A DNA stretch of 64,000 bases from Candidatus Thiodiazotropha sp. (ex Epidulcina cf. delphinae) (GCA_025656455.1 JAHXHS010000004.1:14377-78376), one strand, 5' to 3'; positions 1-9,274 are shown, counted from the first letter of the stretch. Made by a program: numbers and translations. The notes: generated by a model from the sequence alone, not told the origin.

Positions 1-149
1 AGCGACTGATAGATTTCGGCGGCTGTCTCAAAGTCTCTGAGGCGTATCGCCGCTTGCGCATCGTCATGGGGGGTTGCCGTTGCCTGAAGCGGTATGGTCA
101 GGCAGATGGCGAGTAATAGAAATAGGATCGGGCAACGGTGTGGGTCCAT
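1..149 (-). CDS. partial CDS (5' end only, continues past window start): hypothetical secreted protein
   Basis: Not in the ORF track. The minus-strand ATG at 149-147 reads MDPHRCPILFLLLAICLTIPLQATATPHDDAQAAIRLRDFETAAEIYQS... and stays open to position 1. The N-terminus is hydrophobic and signal-peptide-like. It lies 13 nt downstream of the stop of the 163-1482 gene. Confidence 0.35.
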   Translation of the reverse strand, partial: MDPHRCPILFLLLAICLTIPLQATATPHDDAQAAIRLRDFETAAEIYQS

Positions 150-162
150 GTTTTGATGTGTT

Positions 163-1482
163 TTAGGCCGAGCCATGTTTTGTTTCCACGCTAATCCCGG
201 TCTCTTTGAGAAAGCCCGTGGGGAGTATGCCGCCGGCACAGATGATTGCTGCATCATTAGGAATTTCAATCTGTTTTCCCTTATTGTCTATGGTGACGGT
301 CTCTTTGGTGAACCCGAGGACATTACTACTGAGAAGCAGGTTGATTTCTCCCGTCTTGGCGGCATTGTCGACCTTTTCCCTGTTTTTCTTCTTGGCCCGG
401 CTGAAGGCGCCGCTTCGGTAGGAGAGGGTAACCGTAGTGCCGGGTTCTGCGGCGATACTGGTGGCGGCCTCCAAGGCGCTGTCGCCACCTCCGACGACCA
501 GGACATGCTGGTTCCGATACTGTTCCGGATCGATCAGACGGTAGGTGATCTTACTTAAATCCTCTCCCGGCACCCCGAGCTTTCGCGGTGTGCCCCGGCG
601 ACCGATGGTGAGCAGCACAGTGCGGGTATGGTAGCGGTCTTTGCTGGTTTTGACCTCATAGCCCCCCTTATCGCTCGGTGTTATCTTCTCCACCCGTTCG
701 TGATAATTAATCTGGACGCCGGTTTTCTTTTCTATCTGCTGCCAGAATTGCAGCAGCTTCTCCTTGGTAGTTTCGGTGAACTTCATCTCTCCCGCAAGGG
801 GCAGTTTGACCGGGGCCGTCATCACCAGTTTGCCCCTGGGAAACTGGAACACGGTGCCGCCCAGGGACTCCTGCTCAATGGTCTTGTAGCGGATTTTCTT
901 TTCCAAGGCCCGCAGTGAGGCGCAGAAGCCGGCTGGGCCGGCGCCGACGATCAGCACATCCAGGGGGGCGGCTTGCTTGTCTTTGACCACTTCGCTGATA
1001 TAGTCCAATGCCTTATAGCCTTGCTCGATGGCATTCCTGATCAGCCCCATGCCGCCAAGCTCGCCGGCGATGAAGATCCCCGGCATGGTGGTTTCGAAAT
1101 TGGGTTCCAGCAGCGGAATGTCCACGCCCCGCTTCTCCGTGCCGAAGACCAGGGTGATGGCATCGAACGGGCAGGCGGTTTTACAGGCCCCGTGGCCGAT
1201 ACAGTTGGTGGGCGCGATCAGTTCCGCCTTGTTGTCGATCAGCCCGAGAACAGGGTGATTCAGCTGCTCGGGACAGGCCCTGACGCAGGTCCCACACCCC
1301 ATGCATTTTGCCGGATCGATAATGGGATGCAGGGATGCCGGTTCGGTCAGGCCGGCTTCGAACTCTTCCGTCTTGAGGGCGAGATTCCGCCTGCTTTTCC
1401 GTTTTCTATGCAGGAGATATATTATCCACACTAATGCGATGGGTATTAGGTAGATGAGATAGAGGTCTAAGGTGTACTGCAT
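163..1482 (-). CDS. membrane-anchored 2x[4Fe-4S] ferredoxin-domain / FAD- and NAD(P)-binding (thioredoxin-reductase-like) oxidoreductase
   Basis: N-terminal TM helix (LYLIYLIPIALVWIIYLL). Two Cys clusters, CMGCGTCVRACP and CIGHGACKTACP. Dinucleotide motifs VLIVGAGPAG and VLVVGGGDSALEAA. Confidence 0.8.
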   Translation of the reverse strand: MQYTLDLYLIYLIPIALVWIIYLLHRKRKSRRNLALKTEEFEAGLTEPASLHPIIDPAKCMGCGTCVRACPEQLNHPVLGLIDNKAELIAPTNCIGHGACKTACPFDAITLVFGTEKRGVDIPLLEPNFETTMPGIFIAGELGGMGLIRNAIEQGYKALDYISEVVKDKQAAPLDVLIVGAGPAGFCASLRALEKKIRYKTIEQESLGGTVFQFPRGKLVMTAPVKLPLAGEMKFTETTKEKLLQFWQQIEKKTGVQINYHERVEKITPSDKGGYEVKTSKDRYHTRTVLLTIGRRGTPRKLGVPGEDLSKITYRLIDPEQYRNQHVLVVGGGDSALEAATSIAAEPGTTVTLSYRSGAFSRAKKKNREKVDNAAKTGEINLLLSSNVLGFTKETVTIDNKGKQIEIPNDAAIICAGGILPTGFLKETGISVETKHGSA

Positions 1483-1742
1483 TTCCTGATCTATGTTTAG
1501 ATAGTGCCGCGCGCATTCTGTGGGATATTCAGCCTAAATTCTACACAGGCATTAAAAACCTGACCCCCACGCCGATAACTTAATCATCCTAGAGTGTGAT
1601 AATTTGTGAAGCCCTTCAAAGATGGGAAAATTATCCCAACATAATCTATAAATACAAGTAGAATAGAACCTGGTTGCAATGCTCGGTCGCAACGGAAAAA
1701 GACTTAAAGTAATTGATTTTATAGCAGATTATAGGTGAGTAG

Positions 1743-2663
1743 ATGGAAACAGCCGCACTATCGCCCAATGTAGATCGTGTCGACAGTACATTATTGGAGA
1801 GCCTCCTCTCCATTTGGAGACGCTGGGCGGGTGTTTTGGCCACGACCGGGTTCACCCTGTTTTCGCTGCTGTTGCTCTATATGGGCTGGCTCAACCGCAG
1901 CGAGGCGGTTTGGACGGCTGAAGCTGGCTGGGGATACTGGCTCGGGTTCGTCGGCGGCAGCCTGATGCTGCTGCTGCTGCTCTATCCCATGCGCAAACGC
2001 ATCCGTGGCATGTCAAACTGGTTGACCGTCAAATTCTGGTTTCGACTGCATATGGTCTTCGGGGTGCTCGGGCCGGCGCTGATCATGATGCACTCAAGCT
2101 ACCATCTTGGTTCACTGAACGGCCGTGTCGCCCTGTTCAGTATGTTGATCGTAGCCATCAGCGGTTTGATCGGACGCTACTTCTACACCCGCATCCACTA
2201 TGGTCTGTATGGCAGAAAGGCCACCTTCGCTTCCCTGCATGCCGACTCGGAGGCGCTGAAGAAGCGGCTCAGTCGCCTGTTCGAACTGCAGCCCAAGTCC
2301 AAGGAGATGCTCAAGCAGTATGAACAGCGGATTATGCAGACGCCGAAAGGCATGGTCGCCAGCGCCAGGCATTGGTTCACCATGCGTCTCTTATCCGCCA
2401 AGCTCTATCCTACGGTCATGCGTTCCCTGAATACGAAACTCTTGGCCGTGGGTTACACCAAGGGCTGGGACAGGGCAAAAGTGCGCCGCAACCAGCTGCG
2501 CATCCGACAAATGTTATTGACTCACCGGAGTACGGTTCGGCAGATTCTCGAACTCCATTTTTACGAGAGACTCTTCGCAATTTGGCATGTGCTGCATATG
2601 CCGCTGTTCATCATGATGGTGATCACCGGTTTTGTGCATGTCTATGCCGTGCATGCCTACTGA
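1743..2663 (+). CDS. polytopic inner-membrane protein with His-rich TM helices (candidate haem-b/quinone-linked subunit); hypothetical
   Basis: ATG is preceded by AGGTGAG. There are about 5 predicted TM helices. Histidines cluster inside two of them (FRLHMVFGVLGPALIMMHSSYH; FAIWHVLHMPLFIMMVITGFVHVYAVHAY). It sits directly upstream of the cytochrome genes on the same strand. Confidence 0.6.
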   Translation: METAALSPNVDRVDSTLLESLLSIWRRWAGVLATTGFTLFSLLLLYMGWLNRSEAVWTAEAGWGYWLGFVGGSLMLLLLLYPMRKRIRGMSNWLTVKFWFRLHMVFGVLGPALIMMHSSYHLGSLNGRVALFSMLIVAISGLIGRYFYTRIHYGLYGRKATFASLHADSEALKKRLSRLFELQPKSKEMLKQYEQRIMQTPKGMVASARHWFTMRLLSAKLYPTVMRSLNTKLLAVGYTKGWDRAKVRRNQLRIRQMLLTHRSTVRQILELHFYERLFAIWHVLHMPLFIMMVITGFVHVYAVHAY

Positions 2664-2691
2664 TTTCCTAGCAAGCGTTTCTTTGTTTGCG

Positions 2692-4266
2692 ATGATTCGA
2701 AATGGCTGCCTTGTCTTCTATCTGTTCCTGCTGATGTTTTGTGCGACTTCTCCTGTATTCGCGGGCAAGCTCGATCTGCTGCTGATGCCCGGGCCGGTGA
2801 TCGCCGGTCATGCCGAGTTCGAGGAGAAATGCGAAAGCTGTCATGAGACCTTGAAGAAGGCCGATCAGGTGCGGCGATGCCTCTCCTGTCACGATCACAG
2901 CGATGTGGCTGAGGATGTTGAAAAGGGTAAGGGTTTTCACGGCAGGCTGGACAAGGACCAGGTGGCAGAATGCAAGCGTTGTCACACCGAGCACAAGGGG
3001 CGGGATAAGGATATCGTGAATTTCGATACGGAGTCTTTCGATCACAGCCTGACGGATTTCGAATTAAAGGGTGCGCATCGGCCTGCTGCCTGCCGACTCT
3101 GCCACACTCAGGAACTGAAGAAATACAGTCAAGCCCCCTCTGTATGCTTCGATTGTCACGAGGCCGACGACTCTCACCAGGGAAAACTCGGTGAGGAGTG
3201 CGATAAGTGCCACAGTGAAAAGAGCTGGCAGGAGCAGAAATTCGATCACGATGTCGATACGGAATACAAGCTGATCGGCAAGCACAAGGAACTGGACTGT
3301 AAGCTGTGTCACGCTGGCGAGCACTATAAAAACACCCCGAAAGAGTGTATCGGCTGCCATCTGATCAACGATGCCCACAATGGCCGGTACGGTAAGGAGT
3401 GCGAGAAATGCCATGCCAGCGAGGAGTGGAAGGAGCTGGTCTTCGATCATGACAAGGATACTGAATTCACCTTGAAGGGCAGGCACAAGGATGTTCCGTG
3501 CGATACCTGTCATAGCAAGGGTCCGTATGAGGAAAAGCCCTCTAAGATCTGTTTCTCATGCCACGAGAAGGACGATGAACACAAAGGCAGAAACGGTGAG
3601 AAATGCGAGGAGTGTCACCGTGCCGAGGATTGGAAAAAGGTGAAATTCGATCATGAGAAGGACGCCAAGTTTGCACTGAAGGGCAAGCACAGGGATCTGG
3701 TATGCCATGCCTGCCATCGCACTGTGGCAATGGATGACCTCAAGGACGCCGAGTGCTTTACCTGTCATCGCGCGATCGATGTCCATAAAGGCGAGCAAGG
3801 CGAGAACTGCAGCTATTGCCATAACGAAAACAGCTGGAACGAGAAGGTCTTTTTCGAACACGATATCACCCGTTTTCCCCTGATCGGCATTCATAGCGTC
3901 ACATCCTGTGAATCCTGTCATCTGAACGCGGAGTATCAACAAACCGATATCGCCTGTCTCTCCTGCCACGGTTCTGAAGATATCCACGAAGGCCGGATGG
4001 GTGAAAACTGCGGCAATTGCCACAATCCGAATGCCTGGTTGCTGTGGACCTTCGATCACGATACCCAGACCGATTTCGCCCTGGAAGGCAGACACAATGA
4101 AATCTTCTGCCACGCCTGCCACCGGGCTGATTTGACTGAGCACAAACAATCGCCGAATCACTGCTACGGCTGCCATCGAGGGGATGATATTCACCGCGGG
4201 GGCTTCGGGCGCCATTGCGATCGCTGCCACAGCAGCGAAACGTTCGAAGAACCGGAGATTCGCTAG
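2692..4266 (+). CDS. periplasmic multihaem cytochrome c, 21 CXXCH motifs (7 trihaem c7/c3-like modules)
   Basis: My manual count gives 21 CXXCH motifs. A module of about 66 aa recurs: FDH..D..F.L.G.H...C..CH ... C..CH..D.H.G..G..C..CH....W....FDH. The start was chosen at M21 of the ORF because MIRNGCLVFYLFLLMFCATSPVFA|GK is a clean signal peptide. The ORF opens at 2632. Confidence 0.9.
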   Translation: MIRNGCLVFYLFLLMFCATSPVFAGKLDLLLMPGPVIAGHAEFEEKCESCHETLKKADQVRRCLSCHDHSDVAEDVEKGKGFHGRLDKDQVAECKRCHTEHKGRDKDIVNFDTESFDHSLTDFELKGAHRPAACRLCHTQELKKYSQAPSVCFDCHEADDSHQGKLGEECDKCHSEKSWQEQKFDHDVDTEYKLIGKHKELDCKLCHAGEHYKNTPKECIGCHLINDAHNGRYGKECEKCHASEEWKELVFDHDKDTEFTLKGRHKDVPCDTCHSKGPYEEKPSKICFSCHEKDDEHKGRNGEKCEECHRAEDWKKVKFDHEKDAKFALKGKHRDLVCHACHRTVAMDDLKDAECFTCHRAIDVHKGEQGENCSYCHNENSWNEKVFFEHDITRFPLIGIHSVTSCESCHLNAEYQQTDIACLSCHGSEDIHEGRMGENCGNCHNPNAWLLWTFDHDTQTDFALEGRHNEIFCHACHRADLTEHKQSPNHCYGCHRGDDIHRGGFGRHCDRCHSSETFEEPEIR

Positions 4267-4291
4267 TGTGTCCTCTAACTACCGATTCAAC

Positions 4292-7200
4292 ATGGATAGC
4301 CATATCATGAATACCATTCAAACCAACACCATACGACTCAGCCAGGCCGCAAGGTATTATCCCTGGCTGGTGCTGTTGTTCGGATTATTCATTGGTGGTG
4401 TATCGAGTAATCCTTTGCTGGCGGCCAGCGGCAAATTCGACCATTTTTCCACCGGTTTTCCCTTGACCGGCGAGCATCGTATTGTCGAGTGCGACAGATG
4501 TCATGACAAAGGCCAGTTCGTCGGGACTCCCGTGTTGTGCGATGGCTGTCATAACGATACCGATGCGGGCGGTAAATCGATGGGCCATATCCGCAGTGAC
4601 GATCAGTGCGACGATTGTCATACCACGGTGGGCTGGCATGTGGCTCGCTTCGACCATGGGACAATCTCGGGTGACTGTTTTGCATGCCATAACGGCAGCG
4701 CCGCGCAGGGCAAGAACAGCGAGCACATTCACTCGTCGAACACTTGTGAGTTCTGCCACTCCACATTCAGTTGGGGACGGGTCAGCCATGTGGATCATGC
4801 GGAGGTTACGGGGACTTGCGAGAGTTGTCACAACGGAGGCATTGCAGCGGGCAAACATCCCAGCCATATTCTCACAAACGCCCCATGCGAAACCTGCCAT
4901 ATCACCAACAGTTGGCTGTTGGTCTATTTCGATCATGGCGACGTCGCCGCCGGCACCTGCGAGACCTGCCATAACGGGGTTAGCGCAACCGGCAAATCGG
5001 CTACCCATATCCAGACCGCGGAACCCTGCGACCTCTGTCATACCACCAATGGCTGGAGGGTGGATAATTTCTCCCATGCCGGCGTGCGGGATGATTGTGA
5101 AAGCTGTCATGACGGGATCAGTGCAGCCGGTAAAAATGTCGGTCATCTCGCTACTAATGAGCCCTGCGAACTCTGCCATACCTCGACCAACTCCTGGTTG
5201 GTCGTCACATTCGTGCACGGCGAGGAGGTCTTCGGTCAATGCTCCACTTGCCATAATGGTGTGATCCAGCCAGGCAAACACGACGCCCATGTCGCCACCA
5301 CCGCTGAGTGCGATTCCTGCCATATCTCCACCGAGTCATGGGAATCGGTCGGTTTCGATCACAGTGAGGTCGTAGCGGGCACCTGTGCGACCTGCCATGA
5401 CGGGGTTCAGGCGCCGGGTAAACATGACACCCATATCACTACCAACGAATCCTGCGATGTCTGTCATGCCACAACGGCCAACTGGCATGTGATCAGTTTC
5501 GACCACCAAAACATTCAGACAACGGGTGTCTGCTCATCCTGCCATGACGGCGTGCAGGCAACCGGCAAGCATGGGCAGCATATACAGACGGATGCCCAGT
5601 GCGATACCTGCCACGACTCCACCAACAATTGGAGCAGCACCAGCTTCGATCACAGCGGCGTGGAGACGGTCGGCGTCTGCTCCAGCTGCCACAACGGCAC
5701 GGCTGCGACCGGTATGCATGCCACCCATATCGAGACCAACGTCCAGTGCGATACCTGCCATAACTCCACCAACTCCTGGTCCAATATCAGCTTCGACCAT
5801 GGTTTGATCCAAAGCGCCGGCGTCTGCGCAACCTGCCATAACGGCATCAGGGCCACGGGTAAGCATGCCACCCATCTCCAGACCAATAGCGAGTGCGATA
5901 CCTGCCATACGGTTACGGCCTGGAACATATCGGACTTCTCGCACGAAGGCGTTTCCGGCAGTTGCGAGTCCTGCCACGACGGCATCGTGGCGACCGGTAA
6001 GCATGGGGATCATATTGCAACCACCGCTTCCTGTGACGCCTGTCATTCGACAACGGACTGGTCGCTTACCGGGTTTACCCATGAGGGCGTTTCAGGCGCC
6101 TGCGAGTCCTGCCATAACGGCAGCATTGCCACCGGCAAGCACGGGGACCACATCCCGACAAACGCCAGCTGCGATAATTGTCACAATACCGGCGGCTGGG
6201 CCATCGGCACCTTCAATCATGAGGGGGTGACGAACAGTTGCCAGTCATGCCACGATGGGGTCCGGGCAACCGGGATGCATGACGCCCATGTGGCGACTTC
6301 CGCCGCTTGTGAAGCCTGTCATACCTCCACCAGCAACTGGTTGGAACTGACTTTTGATCACTCGGTCGTGACCGGCACCTGTGAAAGCTGTCATGACGGC
6401 GTCACCGCCACGGGAAAATCGGCTGACCATGTTCAGACCAGCGCACCCTGCGATAACTGCCATATTTCGAATGTCACTTGGACAAGTGTCAGATTCGATC
6501 ATAGCGATATCACGACTGGCTGCGAATCCTGCCACAACAATGTGGATGCGATCGGCAAGTCGGATAATCACATTGTGACCAGCGAACCCTGTGAAGCCTG
6601 CCACACTACGGTTACCTGGAGCACCGGCACCTTCGATCACGCGGGCGTGTCCGGCGCCTGTTCGAGCTGCCACGACGGCGTCATAGCCACGGGTAAAACG
6701 ATAACCCATATTCCCACTAATGCGCAGTGTGACGCCTGCCATACATCGACGATCAGCTGGACGGATATCAATTTCAACCATGACAATATAGCGGTAGCGG
6801 GTGTTTGCTCAAGCTGTCACGATGGAACCGGGGCTACGGGTAAACACCCACAGCATATTCAGACGACGGCTGAATGCGACACCTGCCATCTCTCCACGCT
6901 GAATTGGACCGACACCAGCTTTGACCACAGCGGCGTCACCACGGCAGGGGTATGCGATTCATGTCATGACGGCGCGACCGCCACCGGTAAACATGCCGAA
7001 CATATCACCACCACCGAACAGTGTGATATCTGTCATACCTCCCTGACATCCTGGCTCAGAGTCAATTTCGACCATGGCTCTGTGCAGACTGCCGGTATCT
7101 GTTCCAGCTGCCATAACGGCATCAGGGCCACGGGCAAACATGCCGATCATCTCCAGACCCATGCGGAATGCGATGCCTGTCATACTGTCAACGGGTGGAA

Positions 7201-9274
7201 TATCTCGAACTTCTCCCATGAAGGCGTGACCGGCGCTTGCGAATCCTGCCACAATGGCGTGATCGCAACCGGTAAGGACGCAACCCACATCCAGACCACC
7301 TCATCCTGTGATGTTTGTCATACCACCGCGGATTGGTCGCTGGCGCAATTTGATCATCAGGGGGTCGTATCCGGCAGTTGCGAGTCCTGCCACAATGGCG
7401 ACATCGCCACCGGTAAACTTCCGTCGCATGTTCTGACTAATGCCTCCTGCGATACTTGCCACGATACCAACAGTTGGAGCGTAACCAACTTCAACCACGA
7501 GGGTGTGACCGCAAACTGTCACGCCTGCCACGACGGGGTTCGGGCCACTGGCAAGCACTCCACCCATGTGGCCACCACGGCATCCTGTGAGGTGTGTCAT
7601 ACCTCTACCAGCAACTGGCAGCAGATCAGATTCGATCACTCAGTGGTGAGCGGCGCCTGTGAGAGCTGTCATGATGGCGTAACCGCCACGGGTAAATCGG
7701 CTGATCATGTGCAGACCAATGCGCCTTGCGATAACTGCCATATCTCCAATACCACCTGGACGAATATCAGATTCGATCACGCCGACATTACGACGGGCTG
7801 TGAATCCTGCCATAACAATGTGGATGCGATCGGTAAACCGGCAAATCATATTCCGACCAGCGAACCCTGCGAAAATTGCCATACCACGGTGACCTGGAGC
7901 ACCGGCAGGTTTGACCATATCGGTGTGACCGGCACCTGCTCGAGTTGTCACAACGGCACGATAGCCACGGGTAAACACACAGGCCATATCGCTACCAACG
8001 GACAATGCGACAGTTGCCATACGTCGACCGTCAACTGGACATCGATCCGCTTTGACCACAGCACCGTAACCGGCACTTGCCAGAGTTGCCATAACGGCAC
8101 CACGGCGACGGGTAAATCCGCCAGTCATGTGGCGACCAACGCGGCCTGTGATATCTGCCATACGTCCCAGACCACCTGGACGGCGGTCAACTTCGATCAC
8201 TCGGTTGCGATAGGCGTCTGCTCAAGCTGTCACAACGGCGCCACGGCGACCGGCAAGCCGGGTAATCATGTCCAGACCAATTCCGAGTGTGATGTATGCC
8301 ATACCTCGCAAACCACCTGGACGGCGGTGCAGTTCGATCACAGCAACGCGGCAGGCAACTGTTCCTCCTGTCACGATGGGATCACCGCGACGGGCAAGGA
8401 CCCCGGCCATATCCCAACCACCGCCCAGTGCGATGACTGCCATCTCTCCACTTCGAACTGGAGCAATGTCCGATTCAGCCATGTCAATGTGGCCGGCACC
8501 TGCTCCAGTTGCCATAACGGCGTGACGGCGGAGGGCAAGCATGCCAACCACATCCTGACATTGGCTCAGTGCGATACCTGCCATGTCTCCACGAGCGACT
8601 GGGGAAACGTTCAGTTCAACCATCAAGGCATCACCACCGGCTGTTCGAGTTGCCACAACGGCTCACTGGCGACGGGTAAGCCGGGCAGCCACATACCGAC
8701 CACCGGGGAGTGCAATACCTGCCACACCTCGACGAGCAATTGGTTAAGCGTGAACTTTACCCATACCAATGTGGCCGGCACCTGCTCCAGTTGCCATAAC
8801 GGCACTTTTGCAGAGGGTATGCCGGGCGGGCATGTGCAGACCTCAGCCCAATGCGATACTTGCCATACCTCCACCTCCAACTGGTCCAGTGTCACGTTTG
8901 ATCATTCCGGTGCGACGGGCAACTGCAATTCCTGTCATAACGGCACCACGGCGACCGGCATGCCGCAGGGGCATTTCGTCACCACCGAACAGTGCGATAG
9001 CTGCCATACCACCAGCGGCTGGTTGCCGGTGACCAACTATCGGCACGTTTCCGGCGACTATCCGGGTGATCACCGGGTTAGTCTGAGATGCAACGACTGT
9101 CATACCAGTAACAGTGAGTCGGTGCCATGGCCTTTCGCGGCGTACGCCAGGACTTGCGCGGGTTGTCATGCCAATGACTACGATTCGGGAGAGAGTGATC
9201 ACAACGGCCTGAGTAATGACCGGAATTGCGGAGCCAGTGGATGCCACAGGGTTAGCGACCGTAATTGGGATTGA
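4292..9274 (+). CDS. giant repeat-built multihaem cytochrome c (about 67 CXXCH; doubled-CXXCH modules)
   Basis: My manual count gives 67 canonical CXXCH motifs plus one C-terminal CX4CH (CGASGCH). About 33 modules of roughly 47 aa follow the pattern C.SCH[DN]G..A.GK...H..T...C..CH.....W....F[DN]H. The N-terminus (YYPWLVLLFGLFIGGVSSNPLLA|AS) looks like a signal peptide. The start is uncertain: GTG 4268 (GGAG 10 nt upstream), ATG 4292 or ATG 4307. Confidence 0.9.
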   Translation: MDSHIMNTIQTNTIRLSQAARYYPWLVLLFGLFIGGVSSNPLLAASGKFDHFSTGFPLTGEHRIVECDRCHDKGQFVGTPVLCDGCHNDTDAGGKSMGHIRSDDQCDDCHTTVGWHVARFDHGTISGDCFACHNGSAAQGKNSEHIHSSNTCEFCHSTFSWGRVSHVDHAEVTGTCESCHNGGIAAGKHPSHILTNAPCETCHITNSWLLVYFDHGDVAAGTCETCHNGVSATGKSATHIQTAEPCDLCHTTNGWRVDNFSHAGVRDDCESCHDGISAAGKNVGHLATNEPCELCHTSTNSWLVVTFVHGEEVFGQCSTCHNGVIQPGKHDAHVATTAECDSCHISTESWESVGFDHSEVVAGTCATCHDGVQAPGKHDTHITTNESCDVCHATTANWHVISFDHQNIQTTGVCSSCHDGVQATGKHGQHIQTDAQCDTCHDSTNNWSSTSFDHSGVETVGVCSSCHNGTAATGMHATHIETNVQCDTCHNSTNSWSNISFDHGLIQSAGVCATCHNGIRATGKHATHLQTNSECDTCHTVTAWNISDFSHEGVSGSCESCHDGIVATGKHGDHIATTASCDACHSTTDWSLTGFTHEGVSGACESCHNGSIATGKHGDHIPTNASCDNCHNTGGWAIGTFNHEGVTNSCQSCHDGVRATGMHDAHVATSAACEACHTSTSNWLELTFDHSVVTGTCESCHDGVTATGKSADHVQTSAPCDNCHISNVTWTSVRFDHSDITTGCESCHNNVDAIGKSDNHIVTSEPCEACHTTVTWSTGTFDHAGVSGACSSCHDGVIATGKTITHIPTNAQCDACHTSTISWTDINFNHDNIAVAGVCSSCHDGTGATGKHPQHIQTTAECDTCHLSTLNWTDTSFDHSGVTTAGVCDSCHDGATATGKHAEHITTTEQCDICHTSLTSWLRVNFDHGSVQTAGICSSCHNGIRATGKHADHLQTHAECDACHTVNGWNISNFSHEGVTGACESCHNGVIATGKDATHIQTTSSCDVCHTTADWSLAQFDHQGVVSGSCESCHNGDIATGKLPSHVLTNASCDTCHDTNSWSVTNFNHEGVTANCHACHDGVRATGKHSTHVATTASCEVCHTSTSNWQQIRFDHSVVSGACESCHDGVTATGKSADHVQTNAPCDNCHISNTTWTNIRFDHADITTGCESCHNNVDAIGKPANHIPTSEPCENCHTTVTWSTGRFDHIGVTGTCSSCHNGTIATGKHTGHIATNGQCDSCHTSTVNWTSIRFDHSTVTGTCQSCHNGTTATGKSASHVATNAACDICHTSQTTWTAVNFDHSVAIGVCSSCHNGATATGKPGNHVQTNSECDVCHTSQTTWTAVQFDHSNAAGNCSSCHDGITATGKDPGHIPTTAQCDDCHLSTSNWSNVRFSHVNVAGTCSSCHNGVTAEGKHANHILTLAQCDTCHVSTSDWGNVQFNHQGITTGCSSCHNGSLATGKPGSHIPTTGECNTCHTSTSNWLSVNFTHTNVAGTCSSCHNGTFAEGMPGGHVQTSAQCDTCHTSTSNWSSVTFDHSGATGNCNSCHNGTTATGMPQGHFVTTEQCDSCHTTSGWLPVTNYRHVSGDYPGDHRVSLRCNDCHTSNSESVPWPFAAYARTCAGCHANDYDSGESDHNGLSNDRNCGASGCHRVSDRNWD
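5504..8053 (+). repeat. intragenic tandem super-repeat, 2 x 1275 bp (2 x 425 aa = 2 x 9 dihaem modules)
   Basis: HQNIQTTGVCSSCHDGVQATGK... starts at 5504 and HDNIAVAGVCSSCHDGTGATGK... starts at 6779. The two blocks stay colinear module by module over 18 haem sites each. Cognate modules are much more alike than neighbouring modules. Confidence 0.8.

Noticed and set aside
2632-2691. An upstream ATG start (2632) for the 21-haem cytochrome, which would overlap the end of the membrane-protein gene.
   Set aside because: The extra 20 residues (MCMSMPCMPTDFLASVSLFA) would sit in front of an otherwise ideal signal peptide that starts at M21 (MIRNG...VFA|GK). It remains possible, but I judge it less likely.
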